Part shown: positions 43,417-53,692 of the stretch, piece after piece
Position numbering within the stretch: the stretch's first letter is position 1
Layout of the letters: every line of letters starts with the position of its first letter
Translations under genes and position numbers: made by a program
Notes under the pieces: generated by a model
What the model was told of the DNA's origin: nothing
What the model saw: only the letters and a program-made list of their open reading frames with translations
Databases searched by the model: none
Source: Candidatus Poribacteria bacterium
Lineage (GTDB): Bacteria; Poribacteria; WGA-4E; PCPOR2b
Length of the DNA stretch: 64,000 nucleotides
NCBI GenBank assembly: GCA_965218095.1
Contig: OZ244587.1
Coordinates: 5,024,001-5,088,000 of the forward strand
Direction of reading: 5' to 3'

Positions 43417-44427
43417 TTAACACCCCATACTTGACATCGGTTTCTGTGCAGTTATGATAGCCGAGCCATCCGCCAACGTATCACGCTTAAACTTCTCAAA
43501 TCCAGCCTCCACCAGCCAATTGCGATATTCCTTTTCAGTATAAGCCTGCCCCTCGTCGTAGATATTCAGAAAGACGACGTTGAAGATAGCCGACTCGGGC
43601 GGAGAAATCCGTGAATTATCGAGAATGCCAGCCCCCAAGATATAGATTACACCCCCCGGCGTCATTGACGCACTGATATTTCTGAGCGCACGCCGCGCAT
43701 CCTTCGGCGAGAGCACTTGAATGAATGCCTTCAGGACTGCGACATCAAATTGTCCCTTGAGGGGTTGTTCAACAATGTTAGCCGCTGTGACCTTGACCCG
43801 ATCGGACGTGCCTGCCTCAGTGACGAAGCGCTGCGTGATTGGCGTCACATTCGGCACATCCACGACAGTCACCTGGATGTGCGGGCAGATTTCAGTTACG
43901 GCGACGGCGAGCCCGCCCGAGCCCCCGCCGACATCCAATAACGTCCGACAGGACGAGAAATCGTAGTTTGCTGTCAGCGCCTGTCCTGTTTCGACGGCGC
44001 CCGGATGCAGACTCCGAAAGAACAATTCCAAGTCATCTCTGGACATCGTTGCATAATCGTGCCTAGCTTGTGGTTGCTTGGTGCGGATGGATTCCGCCGT
44101 CTGGAGCGCCGCACCCCACAAATCTGTATACAACTCGTGCGCCCCACCCAGGTAAGATGGACTGGTACGAACCAGAAAGTGGTTTGCCTCGTCAGTGTTG
44201 GCAAAGCGATCTCCCTCGATTGTCAGCAACCCTGCCGCCACTAGCGCGTAGAGCAGCGGCTTGAGTTTAGCTGTTCCTACGCCGATGGCATCGGCAATCT
44301 GTTCGGCACGCATGGGACCATCTCTGAGCGGCGTAAATAGATCCAGCCGCATGCCTGCTAGCAGTGCGAAGGAAGGATAGACGTTCATCAGTTCTTGAAT
44401 GGTTTTCGGTTCAGGGAGTGATGTCAT
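43417..44427 (-). CDS. SAM-dependent O-methyltransferase with dimerisation domain
   Basis: RLDLFTPL, LLDVGGGSG, VVDVP, PGG. Confidence 0.92.
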   Translation of the reverse strand: MTSLPEPKTIQELMNVYPSFALLAGMRLDLFTPLRDGPMRAEQIADAIGVGTAKLKPLLYALVAAGLLTIEGDRFANTDEANHFLVRTSPSYLGGAHELYTDLWGAALQTAESIRTKQPQARHDYATMSRDDLELFFRSLHPGAVETGQALTANYDFSSCRTLLDVGGGSGGLAVAVTEICPHIQVTVVDVPNVTPITQRFVTEAGTSDRVKVTAANIVEQPLKGQFDVAVLKAFIQVLSPKDARRALRNISASMTPGGVIYILGAGILDNSRISPPESAIFNVVFLNIYDEGQAYTEKEYRNWLVEAGFEKFKRDTLADGSAIITAQKPMSSMGC

Positions 44428-44668
44428 GTAATTGGTAACCTGTGTAACAAAGTCAAGTTAGATTAAGTGTGAAATGAATACAGATTCTGAGACCGTTTAC
44501 TTAGCGCCTAATTTGTCAAATGTGGTTTCCTTATCCGTTCAGCAAAAATAGGGAAACGCAGGAAGGAAGGGAAGAATGGAAAGGAGGAAAGGAGTAAGTG
44601 GAGAGTCAGGAAATTATCTCATTATTCGTTGAACTTTTGATTACCCAATGCGCACTACGCTTCACATT

Positions 44669-46956
44669 TTACGCATTCGTGTAATAGAGATGGGAATGCT
44701 TTTGCTGATCAAACCATCGTACTGAAAAGTATAATAAATTCTCCATCATGGCTTGATTGATCTGGACATCGGATTCCGTTTCATTTTTTAAGCTAGTTAC
44801 GATGTACAACCCTTTCTGAAATCGCAAGAGCAAAATCACCCCCTCATCGCCGCCATTGGCTTTCGCGAGCAGCGTGTATTTATTTAGCCGATCCTCCCAC
44901 ATATCGTCTAATTTGATCTGCCCCGACTGAATCTTATAGGGTTCTTTGAAGATTCGGCTCTTTTTTCCATCGCCTGTTACCGTAAATTCTAACGTTTCCT
45001 CGTGTTCAACACCGATGAGTGGTTCCGGAATCCACCCGACACTTTGACGCCGGCGACGCATGTTACTTATATCCTGCCCGGAGACAACCACAATTCCGCC
45101 CCGGCTAACGAAATTCTTAATCCGATGCTCGGCATCGATGTTCAGGCGATACCCATCCTTGTAAATCTCTCCATGTCCAATCCAAAGCAGATGGGTTCTG
45201 GCGATTTGATGTGTCCGTAGATCTTTCACCTGTTCACAGATAATGCGGCGATCTCGGATGCGTTCAAACTGTTCAAGCACAGGGAACTCCTCCTGAGTCA
45301 TGTTCCCGGTCAGTGCAAGGACTTTGAAGGGGAGTTCATGTTTTTTATACGGCTTGATACGCGGGACAACGGGCGTATAGATCAGGGGTGCAAACATCTC
45401 CTGTTCTGATTTGCTCTCATTGATTTCACTGGCTAAGACCGCCTGCGCTGCTATGCGTGCGCGATAGGGTGACAAAATTTTCACAGGCGCTGGTCCCATC
45501 TTCCTCAGTTTATCGTCGAGACGGTGAAATGCGTGTTCAACTGACCAACGCCTGCCGTAACTGTGATCAATTGCCTTGAGATCGATCCGATCTTCGTTGA
45601 TGTTCGTGACATAGCCGTGAATGACGTTGATCCCTCTGATGGGCTTGTCATCCTTGTCCTTGATAGCGATGTCTTTCATTTTTCGGGCCAGGATGGCTTC
45701 AGTTAAGCCACCGAGATCGAGTAGTTCTGGCTGATATTTCTCAGCACTCTCGATAATTTTGCAGTATCCACGCGGAAAGACGATATCTGCTTCGCGTAGG
45801 GATCTGAATGTGAGATGGAGCTTCTTAAAGGATTTGTACGTTCGTTGTTCTTGGATGGCAACCCGCTCGAAAGGGGCGATATAGGCACCGGTCGCAGGGT
45901 GAGACGTTGTACACTGAAAGCCGAGATGCGATAACTATATTTGTAGTCGTGCCCAGAGTCTGGGCTGCCTTCCTTAAACGTGAGGGCCCCAAGCAGTATG
46001 TCATAGGGCGCGTTATTTTCAAAAATGAGGTCATTGCCTTCAATCCTGCACCGCAGCCCCCGATCGTCTCGATGGTTCAGATTAGCGATGTCCAATGTGT
46101 ATTTCCACGCGTCCTCATACCCCAAGCCATCAGTTTGTTTGACATCCATCAGGTGCATGTGCTTGTCGTTATACTCTTTAAGCACAGCGATATACTCTCC
46201 CGTATGGGTTTTGATCTTGACGCGCGTTCCGACAAGCCGCTCGATTAACCGCTCATAGCTTTCATCCATCGCATATTGCCACAATTCCTTTTGAACAGTA
46301 TCGATTGTAGGCTCGCCTTCCTCGCCTTCCTCGCCTTCTTGGACTTCAGTAATCGGTCTAATAGGTCTGAAAACAGCGGTTGACTTGATCTTTCCCCAAA
46401 CCATCTCTACGGTTTTGTTGACAGAGTCTTTGAGAGCAATCCCGAAGTTCCGGGTTTTTCGTCGGAGACGTGTGGGAAAACGGGGATGATAGACACGATC
46501 GAGATCCCAATCTCGTTCTAATCGCTCCCGTTCGTTCATCGAATCAAGGTAGCGGATATAAGCGACGATCCCGGCTGTTTCCGCACCTCTGAAAATATAG
46601 CTTGGCGCATCCCCACGCTGCCGGGATTCTTCGGAAATGATCTCTAACCCGTTTGATTCAAGCCGCATCGTTCCACGATACCGTTTCCCATCTTTCATTT
46701 CAAAAACAATGTACTTTTTCAGCAGCTTCTTTAAGATCTTGTCTTTTTTGAAAAGATTAATCGCATAATTGATACTTGCAAATATGAAAAGGGCAGTCAC
46801 TGTGAGAATCAATGTTCTGATCTCCCAAAAACCGGGCGTATCTTCGTCACTTTGAGCAATAGCGGCATTTGGAAGGCAGATCATGGCAAACAGTTGCAAG
46901 ATCAAAATCAAGCGGAGAATACAGAAAACGTATTTACGACACATTATTCCATTCAC
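44669..46956 (-). CDS. Large membrane-anchored hypothetical protein, one frameshift ~45890 (joins ORFs 45703-46956 and 44669-45679)
   Basis: Alternative frame YIAPFERVAIQ..SLREADIVFPRG..LTEAILARK reads directly into MKDIAIKD. Confidence 0.7.
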
Positions 46957-46975
46957 CTCATGTCAAATCTTCCAC

Positions 46976-48826
46976 TTATCCTTTATGCTGGGCTTGAAAG
47001 AGATCAAAGACGGCATCAAGCTTTGCCAGCGCTTTCGAATCATCTGCAAATATGTGAGACAGCCGTTCATAAAATCTGAGGAACGCGTAATCGAACTTCT
47101 GTGATTCCTGGGCAGGTTTTTCAGTCTGGACTAACTCTGTAACGCCGTTCCATCCACTTTCTTCGGCCTTCAGATCCTTGTCAGTGTTCAGACGGCTGGA
47201 GAAAACCTGCTCAAATGCACGAAGTGCTTTACGATACTGCCCATTCCGCAAATATGCCCATGCGAGGGTGTCGAGGAAGTTTTTTTCACCGGGGGCTTGC
47301 TTCACCGCGCTGAGGGCCAGTTCAATTGTCTTTTCAGGCTTGGTTTGCTGTTCGACATAGAGCCATGCAAGATTGTTGCTCCATGTCACATGTGCGGGGT
47401 CTTGCTTGACAGCCTTCTGGTAAAGGGTTTCCAACTTTTGAGACCAAAAGGCGCCCTCTTGAGGAGCAAGCCCTTTTGTACGGATATAAAAGTGCTCCAG
47501 GTTTAGATAAAGTGCGCGATGATAACCGTGTGTGCCTGCAACCCTTTCACACAGTTTGATGTAATCTTCCAGTTCCGCTTTCTCATTTGGACGTTCAAAG
47601 ACTGTCCTCTGGTAAACCCAGCGCAGATTATTATTCCAAATGGGATTATCTGGATCGGCTTGAAGCGCCTTTTCATAGAATAATTTGAGTTTATGAATCC
47701 ATGAAGGTTCATCAGGATAGTTTGTTAATGCTTCGATATAAAGTTCCTCAAGGACCGCGTAGGATCTTGGGTCGTAGCCGCGGTTTTGAATCGCCTTTTC
47801 ATAGCGTTCGATATGGGTGGGGAGATCCGCGGAAGGCAGCGATGGAAACGTCGTACCCATGCGCTTTTCAACCGTTTCCGCTGAATCGGTGAAGTAATGC
47901 AGCACGGTTATGAGGCCGCTTGTAATCACCAAACCCGCTAGTGCAGTTGCAAGCCCTGCCACGACCTTTGTCTCGTGTTCACGATCGGTATAAATTTCTG
48001 GCGCAAGGATCATTGCCCCGGCAAACCCCGTGACCAATCCACCAAGATGGGCAGCATTGTTGATTTGTGGAAAAACGACGCCAAGAAGAAGGTCAATGCC
48101 AATAAATGGGAGGAGGCGTAAACCGAAAATCCGCCTTTGCCTGCGGGGGAGATAGTTTTTATAGCGAAGTCCGAGAGCGACAATGACCCCTATTAATCCG
48201 AAGATCGCACCTGATGCGCCGGCCCCGACGACGTCACGGGAGACGAAAGGCAAGCTTGCAAAGCTGCCGCCGATTGCCGGAATCAGATAGAGAATCAAGA
48301 ATCGCCACCTGCCATACAACCCCTCAAGCAAACGACCAACGATGAGGAGTAAGCCCATATTCAATATGAGATGCAATTCGCCGACATGCAAAAAGGTACT
48401 GGTTAGCAGCCGCCAATATTCTCCTGCTTCAACAATCAGACGATAGGAATATGCACCAAATTGAATGAGAGTCTGCTGATCTCGCGAACGTCCCGCAAAT
48501 TGGTCAAGAAAGAGAAAGATCACAATATTCAACGCAATCAGGGTCAGCGTGACCGCCGGGAGTCTTTTTTGGTAAGCGAGAAACTTCTGCTCTGCTTTTA
48601 ATCTGCTTTCGATCTCTCTCACTTTTGTGATGCCTGTGTCCGCTGAACTGCTATTCAGTCCCCACAGACTCTGGATAAGTTCAAGTTCACGAGCAGACTG
48701 CCACCGACCATTGGTAAGCGTTTCAGAAAAAACGAAGGCATCCGGCGAGATACGACCAAGCCTTATCCAGTCGTAAAAGGTTTGCTCATCGATTTCAAAA
48801 AATTGATTTCCGATTCGGATTTTCAT
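46976..48826 (-). CDS. Rhomboid intramembrane serine protease with GYF-like N-terminus and C-terminal TPRs
   Basis: EYWRLLTSTFLH, HLILN, GASGAIFG, AHLGG; NNLAWLY..LDTLAWAY. Confidence 0.92.
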   Translation of the reverse strand: MKIRIGNQFFEIDEQTFYDWIRLGRISPDAFVFSETLTNGRWQSARELELIQSLWGLNSSSADTGITKVREIESRLKAEQKFLAYQKRLPAVTLTLIALNIVIFLFLDQFAGRSRDQQTLIQFGAYSYRLIVEAGEYWRLLTSTFLHVGELHLILNMGLLLIVGRLLEGLYGRWRFLILYLIPAIGGSFASLPFVSRDVVGAGASGAIFGLIGVIVALGLRYKNYLPRRQRRIFGLRLLPFIGIDLLLGVVFPQINNAAHLGGLVTGFAGAMILAPEIYTDREHETKVVAGLATALAGLVITSGLITVLHYFTDSAETVEKRMGTTFPSLPSADLPTHIERYEKAIQNRGYDPRSYAVLEELYIEALTNYPDEPSWIHKLKLFYEKALQADPDNPIWNNNLRWVYQRTVFERPNEKAELEDYIKLCERVAGTHGYHRALYLNLEHFYIRTKGLAPQEGAFWSQKLETLYQKAVKQDPAHVTWSNNLAWLYVEQQTKPEKTIELALSAVKQAPGEKNFLDTLAWAYLRNGQYRKALRAFEQVFSSRLNTDKDLKAEESGWNGVTELVQTEKPAQESQKFDYAFLRFYERLSHIFADDSKALAKLDAVFDLFQAQHKG

Positions 48827-48853
48827 AAGTTATTTTCAGGCTTATAGTTAACT

Positions 48854-49958
48854 GAGGGGTGCTCATAAGTAGACTTGAGTCAGGATAACGGTTATAATCT
48901 AATCTAACGTGCAAGAAAGAGAGGATTATAACATGGGTTATCCTGACAGTACGTATTATATCACATTTTTGTTTGAACAACTTGACCATTTCAACGCTTC
49001 CAGCCATGCACCGCCACCTGAGAGCCATGGACGTCCGAAATCGTATACAGACGACTGCTTGATTGTCCTTTTTGCCATCTTAACGCTCAAAGGCCTCCAT
49101 CGCTTTAAGGCACAACACAGATGGCTCAAGCTACACCCGCAGTGGCTGTGTCGTCTTAAACTGGCATGTGTTCCGTCTCGGGCAACCCTTTGCCGACGCT
49201 ACAAACAACTCGCTTACCAGCTAGAGGCGTTCATCGGGTATCTCGGTGATGTGGGAATGACTTTGATACCTGACTCACCTCCAGAGGTGGTTTACCAAGA
49301 CAAAAGTCTGTTTAAGGCAAAAGGAAGCGTCTGGCATCAGAAGGATAGAAATGCCAATCGCATCCCAACTGGCATCCGTGCCATTGACACAGACGCCAGT
49401 TGGTCAAAGAGTCACTATCACGGTTGGGTTTACGGCTATGGGCTTCATCTGACCGTCTCTATAGAGGGATTGCCTCGTATGAGTGCCATTGACACCGCGT
49501 GTGTGAGTGAAAAAGCCGTCCTTGACCGACAACTCGACACACTGCTTGAACAGAACATCGGGTATTTAGTCGCTGATGCCGGCTATACCGACTTGAAACG
49601 TACCCAACACTTGGCGAACCAGGGACTGTTGCTAATCACTCCCGTCAGAGGCGCAAAGAGTCAGCGGGCACGGCGTTATGTTGAAGCGGTGAATCAATCG
49701 GCGCAGTTGCAGACCTATCAACACAAGCGCAAGGTTGCTATTGAACCTATCTTTGGATTGTTGAGCCAATTACTATCGACCCATACCAATCATAAGCAAT
49801 TGCCGGTGAGTCGAAAAGCGAATGTCTCTACCTTTTTGATGCTGGGGGTGGTTTTACTGCAACTGGCTATGTTAGTCAATTCTATTTGGGGAAGACCCCT
49901 GAGAAATGTAACACATCTGATTACACTCTTTCGATAAGGGGACTTATGAGCACCCCTC
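48854..49958 (+). mobile_element. IS element A, copy 2 (transposase 48909-49937)
   Basis: Same length, TIRs and protein sequence as 36445-37549. Confidence 0.93.
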
Positions 49959-49966
49959 ATTTAACT

Positions 49967-50031
49967 GAGGGGTGCTCATAAGTCCCCGAAAGGACGGGAG
50001 AAACCGAGTTTTTCGGAAAAACTCCATTTCT
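49967..50031. repeat. Extra inverted right end of IS A followed by a REP-like palindrome
   Basis: GAGGGGTGCTCATAAGTCCCC then AGAAACCGAGTTTTTCGGAAAAACTCCATTTCT; similar palindrome at ~3893-3921. Confidence 0.7.
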
Positions 50032-50049
50032 GATTCCGTAGAAATTTAT

Positions 50050-50788
50050 CATAAATGCCTGCTAATGTCAACGAAAAATCAGAGTAGGTCAAGCATTTCA
50101 ACGCTATCAGCGAAGCTGCGCCAGTTGTCTGACTTGGATTTAATCTGTTCGAGCACCAAACTTGGCCCCTGCCCGATCTTGAACGTTGGCGCCACTGACT
50201 ACCACAGCAATGATTAGACCCATTGTGTCAACCAGCGGATGTTGTTTGCGCCCTTTGACCCGTTTGTGGGCATCGTAACCTTTGGTCCCCTCCGGTGCCG
50301 GTGCTTCGCACCGAGGATCCTCGACCTCTGGTCGGGATCTGCGACCGAGAGTCCGAGACCTTTTTCGGTCGTTTTCACCGATTGACTCTCAAGGATGGCG
50401 GTGCCAGGTTCGGAGTCACGTCCGTCCTGTTTCGGGAACTTTTGGTGCAACGTATCACGGATGGCTTTCCAGGTGCCATCTTTCTCCCACTGCCGGAAGT
50501 CAGTATAGACCCCCATGGCGGAAAGTCATGAGAGGAGGAGTGGCCAGGTCTCTAGCGTAGCGAGATCCCGCGCAGCGGGGCACATCCGGTCCGGAGCAGA
50601 TAAAAGATGGCGTTAAGCATGTCGCGCATGTCCGTTTCTCGCAGACGTTGGGCGGGTTTTACCGGTGGGATTAAAGATTCAACAATCTTCGATTCGACAT
50701 CAGCTAAATCGGTAGGATAGGATTCTCGGTTCATAGGTTGGCATTTTATTTCAACTGTCCTGTTTTGTCAATCTTTTCAAACACCCTC
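50050..50788 (-). mobile_element. Degenerate IS5-family (IS1031-like) element
   Basis: End GAGGGTGTTTGAAAAG; YPTDL..LNAIFYLLRTGC, FRQWEKDGTW..AILESQSVKTTEKG; several frameshifts. Confidence 0.8.
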
Positions 50789-51787
50789 TTAGACACTTGC
50801 GACCTGCCCCTTCGCGGCTGAATCTTCAGCGGCCAGACAGACTCGCACGGCTTCCATGGCTTCATCCGGCGTAATGATCGCAGGTGTCTTCCCATCCAAA
50901 ATACAATTGGCAAAGTAAATGAGTTCCTCCCGAAGCGCACCGGAGCGCAAATTATGCAGCATTGGCCAGTAAGTCGTGTCTGGCGACTCCCAGCCGTTCT
51001 TATCACAAATCGAAAAGTTCGGATGGCTCTGGTGAATGTGTATCGATCCTTCAGTACCAATAATTTCCATCCGCTCATCAATCCGAAATGGCGTCTGCTC
51101 CGGCAGAAACCAGACGTTTTCACACACACCAATGGCGCCGGTGTTGAAACGATACATCGTCCAGCCGATATCTGGGTAGCGTAACTCCCGCACAGACAAC
51201 GTTTGTGCGTAAACCGTCTCAACCCTGGCGCCTGTATACCATAGCATCAGGTCGGTATCATGGATGCCATCTCCGATGATTGGCCCAATCTTGCTCAGGA
51301 CGCTTTCGCTCACAGAGGCCGGAATATTGCGTCGAGCCGATATAGAAACAATCTTGCCAATCCTGCCGACCTCAATCTCTCGCTTTGCCGCAGCGTAGCG
51401 GGAATTGAATCGGCAGATGTGTCCAACCATGAAGCACTTATCGGATGCGTTTGCCGCGCTAACGATCTCCTCGCACTCGGCGACTGTAGAAGCCATTGGT
51501 TTTTCAACGAAAACATGTTTCCCTGCCAACAGCGCCGCCAATGTTGGACCGACATGCTGGTTCCACATTGTCACAATGCTTACCGCCTCGACCTCAGTGT
51601 TAGCCAGCAAATCATTATAGTCAGTGTAGGTATATGACACACCAAAGCGCTTCGCCAATGCCTCTAATCGTGATTCAGTACGTGTACACAGGGCGAACAA
51701 CTCCGCCTGTGGAATCCCAGAAAGCGCCTCACAGTGGATCTCGCCAAACCGTCCCAAACCAATAACGCCAAACTTGACTTTGCTCAT
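50789..51787 (-). CDS. Gfo/Idh/MocA family oxidoreductase
   Basis: GVIGLGRFG, FVEKPMA, DGIHDTD. Confidence 0.92.
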   Translation of the reverse strand: MSKVKFGVIGLGRFGEIHCEALSGIPQAELFALCTRTESRLEALAKRFGVSYTYTDYNDLLANTEVEAVSIVTMWNQHVGPTLAALLAGKHVFVEKPMASTVAECEEIVSAANASDKCFMVGHICRFNSRYAAAKREIEVGRIGKIVSISARRNIPASVSESVLSKIGPIIGDGIHDTDLMLWYTGARVETVYAQTLSVRELRYPDIGWTMYRFNTGAIGVCENVWFLPEQTPFRIDERMEIIGTEGSIHIHQSHPNFSICDKNGWESPDTTYWPMLHNLRSGALREELIYFANCILDGKTPAIITPDEAMEAVRVCLAAEDSAAKGQVASV

Positions 51788-51902
51788 AGCTGGTACTTCT
51801 CCTTAGTATTACTGGTACTTCTCCTTAGTATTAAACGAGACTGGCTGTCGTAGAGCATGCAGTGCTCGTCCGAGAATCGGACCCTGATAGATCGCTCTTT
51901 CT

Positions 51903-52965
51903 TCACCAACTCGACACCCAACGCTCCCGATTCGGAATCGGCGGGCGGACGGGGAGGCCGCCTTGCAGATGTGATTCATAGATGCCAAATCCGATTTCCG
52001 TGCTCAACATCGTTGCGCGTAGGTTGCTAACCCCCGGTTTGCCAGTGCTGATAGATGCCACCAGTTCACGGATTTTGCACTCCGTGCCGCTCCAGGGGGT
52101 TACGGTTTCAACTTCGATGGGGTCATAGGCGCGGTACTGCCCATCCTTTTTACGCACATAGAGGGACTCGCCATCGTTCTGGATGCGGATGATGCCTTCT
52201 TCGCAGACTACCTTGATGTCATAGCCCATCCCTGTGCCCGCCACATGCAGGGTGGTACCACTGCCAAATTCGACCAACGCACTCCGGATGGATGTATCCC
52301 TGATGAACCACATGTTTGAAGTATCTCCCTCGGCAGGGTGGAGTTCGCCTAACGTGCCGCGAATGGAGACTACCGGCTCAGGGTCGCCTAAGAGACAGAG
52401 CAGGGTGTCGAGGAAATGCCCACCGATGCTGTTGCCCGAAAAGCCGACTACCGACTTGAGTGCGCCTAACGCTCCGCTAGTGACAATCTCCCGCGCCTGT
52501 CGATAGACCGCCCAGTTTCGCCTCGGAGGCCCAAACTCTAGGAAAACGCCATTGCGCTCAAAGGCATCTCTGATCGCGTCTGCCTCGACCAATGAACAGC
52601 AGAACCAATGAACAGCAGAGGGGTTTCTCTGTGAACATCCCCTGAATACCGTGCTCGGCGCCATAAATCATCGCCTCCGCATGCTGCTCTGGACGGGTGG
52701 TGATGCTGAGAATATCGGGCTGTTCCACGTCAATTAACTCTCGAAAATCGAGATAACCACGTGAAACGCCCCAACGTTCTTGGAAAGCCCTGAGTTTCTC
52801 CTCCACGATGTCGCATGCAGCAACCATCTCCGTCTCCTCAACGAGTGCATAGCTGCCCGCGTGGCACAACGGCAGCACGATGCCTCCACGTCGTGGTCCC
52901 TGCAACTCGTCGTCAATGGTGCTAGCGATGCGCCCGCAGCCAATGATACCGATCCGAAATGTCAT
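51903..52965 (-). pseudogene. Gfo/Idh/MocA oxidoreductase frameshifted by a 16-bp duplication
   Basis: GIIGCGRI..EKPLCCSLV; duplicated ACCAATGAACAGCAGA at 52588-52619; CCSLVEAD resumes in the other frame. Confidence 0.88.
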
Positions 52966-53121
52966 GTTGACCTCCTCTCATACCCTGCATCGAATTGTAG
53001 ATGCGGTAAGGACAGCCGTCTCAGAAGCCAATTGGCAGGGAATCCACTTCTCGTTTACAAAATTAACGACTTGTGCTAGTTTTTCTCAATGCAGATGCAG
53101 TATGGTTTATAATGGTTTATA

Positions 53122-53330
53122 GTAGTAGCGTAATTCATTGCGCGTTTGTTCCTAACGTGCGATGAATCGCACGACTATGAACGTAATCAGCACAAGTCGT
53201 AAAATTAGTAATATGGGGGGGGCTTTTCATTAAGGAATGGCTTTCAGCTTACAGTGGGGTTCACCAGCGGAGCAGGTTGGGTTGAGAAACAAAACCCAAC
53301 AAGTCCAAGTGAGATGAAGTTGGGTTTAAC
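53122..53330. repeat. REP-like palindromic cluster
   Basis: GTAGTAGCGTAATTCATTGCGCG..GTGCGATGAATCGCACGACTA; GGTTGGGTTGAGAAACAAAACCCAAC..GTTGGGTTT. Confidence 0.55.
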
Positions 53331-53490
53331 GAGTGTTCAAAACCGACTCGTGTTGAAGGCTAATCCGCCAGTTTTTTTGGAGAATTAAATCGCCCTGCTG
53401 TGCCAGTTTCCCGGTTGCGTCTTCAGTCGTGTGTGTGATAGAATATTCCTGTGCATCATGCGATAGACCGAAAAGAGGAATATTTTGCGC

Positions 53491-53519
53491 TTGCACTTTA
53501 TTCCATGTAGTGGTATGCT
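53491..53519 (+). promoter_or_regulatory. sigma70-like promoter
   Basis: TTGCAC-N17-TATGCT with extended TG. Confidence 0.5.
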
Positions 53520-53692
53520 CACTCGGATACCTTCTCTCCGAGTGAGTAATTTGAGTCGCTTAATAGCGCGGATTAACAGAATGTTACAGATCTCTGCTCA
53601 AAAAATCCGCGACGTTCTGACGGACTGTGCTATTTCCTCTCATATGTGGGAACTTAGGTCCTTACATAACAACAATATTTAAGGAGAAATTT

